IMG/VR virus record: IMGVR_UViG_2648501669_000010
Span: 1-4,852 of that record
From: a virus
Taxonomy: Duplodnaviria; Heunggongvirae; Uroviricota; Caudoviricetes
DNA: 4,852 nt
Reading direction: 5' to 3' (one strand)
Shown here: in pieces, positions 1-4,852 of the stretch
Numbering within the stretch: position 1 is the stretch's first letter
Layout of the letters: each line of letters starts with the position of its first letter
The notes under the pieces: model-generated
What the model was told of the DNA's origin: nothing
What the model saw: the letters and a program-made list of their open reading frames with translations, nothing else
Database searches by the model: none
Made by a program: the position numbers and the translations under genes

Positions 1-49
1 TCGTTCAACACACTGCACAACAAAATCAACCCATATAAGGAAAGCTGAT

Positions 50-571
50 ATGACCACTATTACCAGAGAAAGCGCGGAGATTAAATCATTCATCACTGGT
101 TTCCTGAGCGATCCGGCGCACGATAACCAATCTTCAAACAGCCTGCTTACTAATGTGTTTCGTATCGCACTGGCGTCACTGGAAGCAGAGCCAGTGGCGT
201 GGAAGGCAACCTTCACGCAAATTGACAATGAATATAATACGTTCACTGCTCTGTATTCTGACAAAGCAGAAGTCGAACGGTGGGTGCGATTGCATGAAAT
301 AGGTGACTTTCGGGCAGAAATAACACCGCTTTACGCAGCGCCGTCAGCGCCGGTAATTCCGGATGGTTGGATAAGCTGTAGTGAGCGGATGCCAGAGGAC
401 GGTCAGCACGTAATTATTTTATGTGATGGCGCATTCGTTCTTTATGCGCAATATCGAGACGGTGAGTTTTTTGATGTCGTCCGCAATGGTGAGGAGTTCT
501 TCGAAACGCAGAGCCGCAATGTAACCGACTGGATGCCTCTACCAGAACCGCCGCAGGAGGTGAGTCGATGA
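50..571 (+). CDS. DUF551-domain phage protein (accessory early-region protein of unknown function)
   Basis: 173-aa ORF with ATG at 50 preceded by a purine-rich SD (aaggaaag, 37-44). The C-terminal part (DGWISCSERMPEDG...VTDWMPLPEPP) matches my recollection of the DUF551 signature common in lambdoid prophage nin/early regions. Family assignment is from memory, not a search. Confidence 0.65.
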   Translation: MTTITRESAEIKSFITGFLSDPAHDNQSSNSLLTNVFRIALASLEAEPVAWKATFTQIDNEYNTFTALYSDKAEVERWVRLHEIGDFRAEITPLYAAPSAPVIPDGWISCSERMPEDGQHVIILCDGAFVLYAQYRDGEFFDVVRNGEEFFETQSRNVTDWMPLPEPPQEVSR

Positions 572-614
572 CCTGGCCTGAAGCATTCACAACAATTGCT
601 GCGGGTGCTTGAGG

Positions 615-650
615 CTATCTGCCTCAGGCATGAACACCAACGGCAGATAG
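615..650. repeat. Perfect 9-bp inverted repeat (ctatctgcc / ggcagatag) with 18-nt spacer, between the DUF551 gene and mok
   Basis: Read directly: 615-623 ctatctgcc and 642-650 ggcagatag are exact reverse complements. No T-tract follows on either strand, so this is not an intrinsic terminator. It could be an RNA stem-loop in the hok leader or a dimeric protein-binding site. Confidence 0.5.
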
Positions 651-714
651 AGAAAAGCCCCAGTTAACATTACGCGTCCTGCAAGACGCTTAACATTAAT
701 CTGAGGCTCAATCT

Positions 715-927
715 ATGAACGGCAAATCTAGGTTAGCCTCTTACGTGCCGAAAGGCAAGGAGAAGCAGGCTATGAAGCAGCAAAAGGCGATGTTAGTCGC
801 CCTGATCGTCATCTGTTTAACCGTCATAGTGACGGCACTGGTAACGAGGAAAGACCTCTGTGAGGTACGAATCCGAACCGGCCAGACGGAGGTCGCTGTC
901 TTCACAGCTTACGAACCTGAGGAGTAA
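715..927 (+). CDS. mok: Mok-like reading frame (N-terminally extended form of Hok, modulator of killing)
   Basis: 70-aa ORF in the same frame as hok, starting 57 nt upstream. This is the same architecture as chromosomal mokC/hokC, where Mok is an N-terminal extension of Hok. The extension KGKEKQAMKQQK resembles the MokC extension as I recall it. GAGG at 703-706 sits upstream of ATG 715. Confidence 0.5.
   Translation: MNGKSRLASYVPKGKEKQAMKQQKAMLVALIVICLTVIVTALVTRKDLCEVRIRTGQTEVAVFTAYEPEE
772..927 (+). CDS. hokD: Hok/Gef-family type I toxin (small membrane-depolarising peptide), HokD/RelF-like
   Basis: 51-aa product MKQQKAMLVALIVICLTVIVTALVTRKDLCEVRIRTGQTEVAVFTAYEPEE: one hydrophobic transmembrane helix followed by the conserved Hok periplasmic tail (RKxLCEVRIRTGQTEVAVFTAYE). 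It is almost identical to E. coli HokD/RelF as I recall it. Strong SD AGGAG at 758-762, about 9 nt before ATG 772. Confidence 0.85.
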   Translation: MKQQKAMLVALIVICLTVIVTALVTRKDLCEVRIRTGQTEVAVFTAYEPEE

Positions 928-995
928 GAGACCCGGCGGGGGAGAAATCCCTCGCCACCCCTGATGTGTCAGGCATCCTCAATGCACCCGCACTT

Positions 996-1022
996 AACCC
1001 GCTTCGGCGGGTTTTGTTTTTT
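996..1022 (+). terminator. Rho-independent terminator downstream of hok (3' end of the hok mRNA)
   Basis: GC-rich hairpin cccgc(998-1002)-ttcg-gcggg(1007-1011), extendable by A:T pairs, followed directly by the T-tract ttttgtttttt (1012-1022). Confidence 0.75.
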
Positions 1023-1094
1023 CTGAGCATCCTGGTTTACAATCCACATGCCAGCCTGAACAACTGGCACCTGCTGCGCCAGCAGAGATAGCAG

Positions 1095-1367
1095 ATGGCG
1101 CACAAAACCAAATTTCACAAATCTGATACCGACCTTACCATCCGGCACGGGCGGCGTTCACGCGCATTTAAAACCGACTGGTTCCAGCATGACCCCTGCA
1201 CTGAAGAACAGGCCGAATGGCTGATTCAGAACTACCGCAGACGTGGCTATGAGTTTCAGAAAGACCTCAGTCTTGACTTCCGACACTGGATAATTTCCGT
1301 CAGGCTCCCCTATTCCGAACGCCCACCACGCCCGTCCCGCACATTCCAGCAACGCATCTGGAGGTAA
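1095..1367 (+). CDS. Small basic prophage protein, Rem-like (unknown function)
   Basis: 90-aa ORF rich in Arg/His (predicted basic). Its stop TAA (1365-1367) sits inside the GGAGG...GTG start context of the next gene, indicating translational coupling. Its position between hok and the DUF968 gene mirrors the hokD-rem-ydfU order I recall from the E. coli K-12 Qin prophage. The sequence-level assignment to Rem is from memory and tentative. Confidence 0.5.
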   Translation: MAHKTKFHKSDTDLTIRHGRRSRAFKTDWFQHDPCTEEQAEWLIQNYRRRGYEFQKDLSLDFRHWIISVRLPYSERPPRPSRTFQQRIWR

Positions 1368-1368
1368 C

Positions 1369-2418
1369 GTGCGGGTATTACTTCGACCTGTTCCGGTACC
1401 GGAACTCGGGCTGGTGGTCCTTAAGCCGGGGCGTGAATCCATGCAGGTATTTCATAACCCTCGAGTGCTGGTGGAGCCTGAACCGAAAAGCATGCGCGGG
1501 CTGCCGTCCGGAGTCGTTCCCGCCGTTCGCCAGCCGCTGGCGGAAGACAAATCATTACTGCCATTTTTCAGCGACGAACGGGTGATTCGTGCTGCTGGCG
1601 GTGCTGGAGCACTGTCTGACTGGCTCCTGCGTCATGTTAAATCCTGCCAGTGGCCTCATGGTGATTACCATCACAGCGAAACCGTCATACATCGTTACGG
1701 TACTGGCGCGATGGTGTTGTGCTGGCACTGCGACAACCAGTTGCGTGACCAGACCTCCCAATCACTTGAGCAACTTGCTCACCAAAACCTGTCAGCATGG
1801 ATGATTGACGTCATCCGTCACGCAATGAATGGCACACAGGAGCGGGAATTATCGCTGGCTGAATTATCCTGGTGGGCGGTCTGCAATCAGATGGTGGACG
1901 CACTACCTGAGGCAGTATCGCGTCGTTCACTGGGATTGCCAGCGGAAAAAATCCGCTCGGTGTACCGCGAAAGCGACATCATACCGGGAGAGCAGACAGC
2001 CACCAGCATACTGAAGCAGTGCACAAAAAATATTGCGCTACCACCTCACGCCCACCAGCAACAGAACCCACCACAGGAAAAGACGGTGGTCAGCATTGCC
2101 GTTGATCCGGATTCTCCTGAATCTTTCATGAAGCGACCTAAACGTCGCCGTTGGGTAAATGAGAAATATACGCGCTGGGTGAAGACACAGCCGTGTGCGT
2201 GTTGTGGTAAGCCAGCCGACGATCCCCATCACCTGATTGGTCATGGTCAGGGCGGAATGGGGACAAAAGCCCACGATATTTTCACGTTGCCGCTGTGTCG
2301 GGAACATCACAACGAGCTTCATGCTGATCCGCTGGCGTTCGAAGAAAAGCATGGTTCTCAGGTTGATTTGATTTTTCGTTTTCTTGAACACGCCTTTGCA
2401 ACTGGTGTGCTCGGATAA
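1369..2418 (+). CDS. DUF968-domain protein (YdfU-like) with C-terminal HNH-like zinc-finger/nuclease motif
   Basis: 349-aa ORF starting at GTG 1369 with GGAGG at 1360-1364. The C-terminus carries CACCGKPADDPHHLIGHGQGG...LCREHHNELH, i.e. a CxxC...HH...CxxHH...H arrangement typical of HNH-type metal-binding nuclease folds. Length and position match YdfU of the Qin prophage as I recall it. An alternative start at ATG 1441 is possible. Confidence 0.75.
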   Translation: MRVLLRPVPVPELGLVVLKPGRESMQVFHNPRVLVEPEPKSMRGLPSGVVPAVRQPLAEDKSLLPFFSDERVIRAAGGAGALSDWLLRHVKSCQWPHGDYHHSETVIHRYGTGAMVLCWHCDNQLRDQTSQSLEQLAHQNLSAWMIDVIRHAMNGTQERELSLAELSWWAVCNQMVDALPEAVSRRSLGLPAEKIRSVYRESDIIPGEQTATSILKQCTKNIALPPHAHQQQNPPQEKTVVSIAVDPDSPESFMKRPKRRRWVNEKYTRWVKTQPCACCGKPADDPHHLIGHGQGGMGTKAHDIFTLPLCREHHNELHADPLAFEEKHGSQVDLIFRFLEHAFATGVLG

Positions 2419-2430
2419 AAGAGGTTACTG

Positions 2431-2790
2431 ATGGGGATTGAATTTGTTTTGCCTTACCCGCCGACGGTGAACACCTACTGGCGACGTCGTGGCAGTACAT
2501 ATTTTGTATCAAAAGCCGGTGAGTGTTATCGCCGGGATGTGGCGCTAATTGTTCGCCAGCAGCGACTGAAATTAAACCTGTCCGGAAGGCTGGCAATAAA
2601 AATTACTGCGGAGCCACCGGATAAGCGCCGTCGTGACCTAGACAATATCCTGAAGGCACCGCTGGATGCGCTGACGCATGCTGGACTACTTATAGACGAC
2701 GAGCAGTTTGATGAAATCAATATAGTGCGCGGTTTGCCTGTTCCTGGTGGGCGGCTGGACGTGAAGATTTACAAAATTGAAAGTGAGTGA
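2431..2790 (+). CDS. rusA: Crossover junction endodeoxyribonuclease RusA (Holliday junction resolvase)
   Basis: 119-aa product with clear RusA-family motifs (LPYPPTVNTYW, PDKRRRDLDNILKAPLDALT, GGRLDV), the right length of about 120 aa, and SD AGAGG at 2420-2424 before ATG 2431. It sits in the canonical lambdoid position immediately upstream of Q. Confidence 0.9.
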   Translation: MGIEFVLPYPPTVNTYWRRRGSTYFVSKAGECYRRDVALIVRQQRLKLNLSGRLAIKITAEPPDKRRRDLDNILKAPLDALTHAGLLIDDEQFDEINIVRGLPVPGGRLDVKIYKIESE

Positions 2791-3359
2791 GCGTAAATAT
2801 GATATACCCGGAAATTACAGGCAAAAGCGGTGAGCATTTACGCCTGAAAACGCTGGAAAGTGTCTGGCTCCAGGGAAAACTGCGTATGTGGGGGCGTTGG
2901 TCGTATATTGGCGGCGGTAAGACGGGAAATATGTTCAACCAATTACTGACCTCTAAAAAGCTGACAAAAACGGCAATTAACGAGGCGCTCCGGAGGATGA
3001 AAAAAGCGGGTCTGGACAAACCTGAACTTGAGGCTTTTTTGCGGGATATGATCAACGGCAATCAAAAAAGCTGGCTGGCACATTGTACCGATTCAGAGGC
3101 GTTAATAATCGACAGGGTTATTGGTGAAGCCCTGGCAGGTTATCCCGGGCTGCTCAATGTCCTGAGTCAGCGTTATGTGGGGCGGGGGATGACTAAGCGC
3201 AAAATGGCTGAACTGCTGAATGATGCACACCCGGAATGGAGTTTAAGAACCTGTGAAAGACGCATTGAGCATTGGCTAAAGGTGGCAGAATTTATTTTGT
3301 ACAAACCAATGGTTATGGCTTTTGGTATAGAGAAAAAAAGTTATTGCTTTTTGACGTAA
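2787..3359 (+). CDS. Late-gene antitermination protein Q (phage 82 / QuuD-type family)
   Basis: 190-aa ORF whose GTG start overlaps the rusA stop (gTGA at 2787-2790); an alternative start is ATG 2799. The N-terminal region (LESVWLQGKLRMWGRWSY...NQLLTSKK) resembles the LERWGAW...GLITSK motif I recall in QuuD/phage-82-type Q proteins. Synteny supports it: rusA upstream and an intrinsic terminator just downstream, as expected for Q - PR' - tR'. Confidence 0.7.
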   Translation: MSVNMIYPEITGKSGEHLRLKTLESVWLQGKLRMWGRWSYIGGGKTGNMFNQLLTSKKLTKTAINEALRRMKKAGLDKPELEAFLRDMINGNQKSWLAHCTDSEALIIDRVIGEALAGYPGLLNVLSQRYVGRGMTKRKMAELLNDAHPEWSLRTCERRIEHWLKVAEFILYKPMVMAFGIEKKSYCFLT

Positions 3360-3431
3360 AAACTGCTTCAATTCCGGTACGCTTCGCAAAGCTGTACCGC
3401 GAGGCGAATAGCAGACATGGACATTTGAAAG

Positions 3432-3456
3432 AGCCCGCTTTTTGCGGGTTTTTTTT
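3432..3456 (+). terminator. Rho-independent terminator downstream of Q (candidate tR'-like late terminator)
   Basis: Hairpin cccgc(3434-3438)-ttttt-gcggg(3444-3448) followed by an 8-T tract (3449-3456), about 75 nt after the Q stop codon. In lambdoid phages the late promoter PR' and its Q-antiterminated terminator lie in this position. Confidence 0.7.
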
Positions 3457-3578
3457 ATGCCTGAAAAACGGCACAGAACATTAAACGCGCTAGTGGTTCC
3501 GAATACCGGTCTTTCAGCTTGCTGGCTTTTTCGACAAGAGGTATTGGTATGTCACGTTAACCAGAAAAGGGAAAAGAC

Positions 3579-3776
3579 ATGCTAAAACAGCAGGATATGA
3601 CTGAAACCGCCAGAGTGGTGTTTAATGAATTAAGCGTCACCGAACCGGCGACCGTCGGGGAAATTGCGCAGAATACGTACCTTTCACGCGAACGCTGTCA
3701 GTTAATACTGACCCAGCTTGTTATGGCGGGTCTGGCAGATCATCAGTTCGGTTGTTACAGACGCCTTCCGCAGTGA
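3579..3776 (+). CDS. Small (65 aa) putative winged-helix/HTH DNA-binding protein, hypothetical
   Basis: ORF with a purine-rich upstream stretch (aaagggaaaag) before ATG 3579. The segment PATVGEIAQNTYLSRERCQLILTQLVMAGL has the spacing and hydrophobic pattern of a helix-turn-helix recognition unit. No family is recognised from memory. Codon pattern looks coding, but the call rests on ORF plus motif only. Confidence 0.45.
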   Translation: MLKQQDMTETARVVFNELSVTEPATVGEIAQNTYLSRERCQLILTQLVMAGLADHQFGCYRRLPQ

Positions 3777-3831
3777 AGGCTTTTTAATTTGTGGTAATGG
3801 GCGGCTGGTGGGTGTTAGCGGCACCTGCCAG

Positions 3832-3880
3832 CCATCTGCTCATGCGTTGGGGTCACAAGCAAACCTCAGGCCCATCTGCT
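3832..3880. repeat. Two copies of 9-bp direct repeat ccatctgct (3832-3840 and 3872-3880), 40 bp apart, in the spacer upstream of the methyltransferase gene
   Basis: Read directly from the sequence. Both copies are followed within a few bases by tgcg. A 40-bp spacing is about four helical turns. This could be chance (rough expectation of a few percent in a 150-bp spacer) or paired binding sites. Confidence 0.35.
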
Positions 3881-3926
3881 TTGCGCAAAAGCGGTATGAG
3901 CCTATCAGAGAAGTGCTTATTGATCT

Positions 3927-4852
3927 ATGGTTAATACTGTAAAAATATCCAGTTGTGAGTTAATCAACGCTGATTGCCTGGAATTTATCCAGACCTTGCC
4001 GGAAAACTCTGTCGATCTGATAGTCACAGACCCGCCATACTTTAAAGTGAAGCCCGAAGGCTGGGATAACCAGTGGAAGGGCGACGATGATTACCTGAAA
4101 TGGCTGGATCAGTGTCTGGCGCAATTCTGGCGGGTACTGAAACCTGCCGGAAGTCTCTACCTGTTCTGTGGTCATCGCCTGGCATCTGATATCGAAATCA
4201 TGATGCGTCAGCGCTTTAATGTGCTGAACCACATTATCTGGGCGAAGCCGTCCGGACGCTGGAACGGATGCAACAAGGAAAGCCTGCGGGCGTATTTCCC
4301 GGCAACAGAACGCATTCTGTTTGCGGAACATTATCAGGGGCCATACCAGCCCAAAAATGACGGCTATGCGGCAAAGGGGCGCGAGCTAAAACAGCACGTC
4401 ATGGCCCCGCTGATTTCTTACTTTCGTGATGCGCGTGAATCACTGGGGGTAACATCGAAACAGATAGCGGAAGCCACCGGAAAGAAAAACATGGCGTCAC
4501 ACTGGTTTGGTACCAGTCAGTGGCAGTTGCCGAACGAGGGTGATTACAGAAAACTGCAGGTGTTATTTGCACGTGTAGCGGCAGAAAAGCATCAGCGCGG
4601 AGAACTGGAAAAACCACATCACCAGCTGGTCAGCGCATACAGTGAACTGAACCGGCAATATGCCAGTCTGCTGGATGAATACAAATCACTGCGGCGTTAT
4701 TTTTCCGTATCAGCTGCAGTGCCGTATACGGATGTCTGGACGCACAAGCCCGTGCAGTATTATCCGGGCAAACATCCCTGCGAAAAACCGGCGGATATGT
4801 TGCGGCAGATAATAGAGGCCAGCAGTCACCCTGGTGATTTGGTTGCGGATTT
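3927..4852 (+). CDS. DNA methyltransferase, beta-class (N6-adenine or N4-cytosine), 3'-truncated by window end
   Basis: Open frame from ATG 3927 to the window end with no stop (308 codons); the six-frame track omits it only because it is unterminated. The N-terminus NADCLEFIQTLPENSVDLIVTDPPY carries the catalytic motif IV (DPPY) of amino-methyltransferases, followed by a conserved-looking core (LKPAGSLYLFCG). Motif IV lying N-terminal to the AdoMet-binding motif I (expected beyond 4852) defines the beta-class arrangement. A weak SD before ATG 3927 makes the exact start uncertain. Confidence 0.85.
   Translation, partial: MVNTVKISSCELINADCLEFIQTLPENSVDLIVTDPPYFKVKPEGWDNQWKGDDDYLKWLDQCLAQFWRVLKPAGSLYLFCGHRLASDIEIMMRQRFNVLNHIIWAKPSGRWNGCNKESLRAYFPATERILFAEHYQGPYQPKNDGYAAKGRELKQHVMAPLISYFRDARESLGVTSKQIAEATGKKNMASHWFGTSQWQLPNEGDYRKLQVLFARVAAEKHQRGELEKPHHQLVSAYSELNRQYASLLDEYKSLRRYFSVSAAVPYTDVWTHKPVQYYPGKHPCEKPADMLRQIIEASSHPGDLVAD

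Noticed and set aside
568-612. 14-codon mini-ORF (MTWPEAFTTIAAGA) overlapping the DUF551 stop
   Set aside because: Too short to support, with no motif. It may be incidental, though a leader peptide cannot be excluded.
615-650. Reading the 9-bp inverted repeat as a rho-independent terminator for the DUF551 gene or for a minus-strand Sok RNA
   Set aside because: No U-tract follows the stem on either strand, and the 18-nt loop is long for an intrinsic terminator.
1158-1442. 94-aa ORF on the minus strand
   Set aside because: Lies antisense to the well-supported, translationally coupled Rem-like and DUF968 genes, with no ribosome-binding site or recognisable motif. Typical shadow ORF in GC-rich coding sequence.
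1555-2596. Several minus-strand and alternate-frame ORFs (1555-1761 -, 1589-1804 +, 1829-2014 +, 2038-2391 -, 2282-2596 -)
   Set aside because: All are embedded in or antisense to the DUF968 and rusA coding frames, which have strong motif support. The translations are low-complexity and Cys/Arg/Trp-rich, as expected for out-of-frame reads.
2526-3061. Minus-strand ORFs 2526-2720 and 2717-3061
   Set aside because: Antisense to rusA and the Q gene. Ser/Arg-rich translations with no start context. Rejected as shadow ORFs.
3272-3484. 70-aa + strand ORF spanning the end of Q and the terminator
   Set aside because: It overlaps the 3' end of the Q frame and reads straight through the intrinsic terminator hairpin and T-tract, so it is unlikely to be a real gene.
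3457-3578. Possible tRNA gene in the spacer after the Q-proximal terminator (lambdoid phages often carry tRNAs here); ggttccgaatacc at 3495-3507 loosely resembles a T-loop
   Set aside because: No acceptor stem, anticodon arm or complementary T-stem can be paired around it, and the available length before the next ORF is inconsistent with a cloverleaf. It looks like a chance resemblance.
3718-3942. 74-aa + strand ORF overlapping the end of the HTH-like ORF and the start of the methyltransferase
   Set aside because: Starts inside the preceding ORF in another frame, has no ribosome-binding site, and covers the spacer carrying the direct repeats. Translation looks non-protein-like. Kept only as a remote possibility.
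3960-4617. Minus-strand ORFs 3960-4331 and 4399-4617
   Set aside because: Antisense to the methyltransferase frame, which carries the unambiguous DPPY catalytic motif and stays open to the window end.
1-4852. CRISPR array, insertion sequence, integrase/att site or rRNA
   Set aside because: No regularly spaced repeats, terminal inverted repeats flanking a transposase, or recombinase-like ORF are present. The coding content is fully accounted for by phage early/late-junction genes.

Overview
This window reads as a mosaic lambdoid (lambda-like) prophage segment in an enterobacterial host, with every supported gene on the + strand, running from the end of the early-right/nin region into the start of the late region. 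In order: a DUF551 protein, a mok/hok type I toxin locus with its own intrinsic terminator, a small basic Rem-like protein translationally coupled to a DUF968 (YdfU-like) protein carrying a C-terminal HNH-like Cys/His motif, the Holliday-junction resolvase RusA, a phage-82-family Q antiterminator, a strong intrinsic terminator about 75 bp past Q (a tR'-like position), a 65-aa winged-helix-like ORF, and a beta-class DNA methyltransferase that runs off the 3' end of the window. No rRNA, tRNA, CRISPR array, IS element or integrase is visible. The features worth a second look are the stand-alone hok locus (a HokD-like toxin here not downstream of relBE) and the late-operon cargo pair of small HTH ORF plus methyltransferase. 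I do not see compelling evidence for a wholly new multi-gene system; the best candidates for something undescribed are the uncharacterised proteins (DUF551, Rem-like, DUF968, the 65-aa ORF) and the repeats in the intergenic spacers. All protein-family calls are from reading the translations and recalling motifs and gene order, not from database searches.
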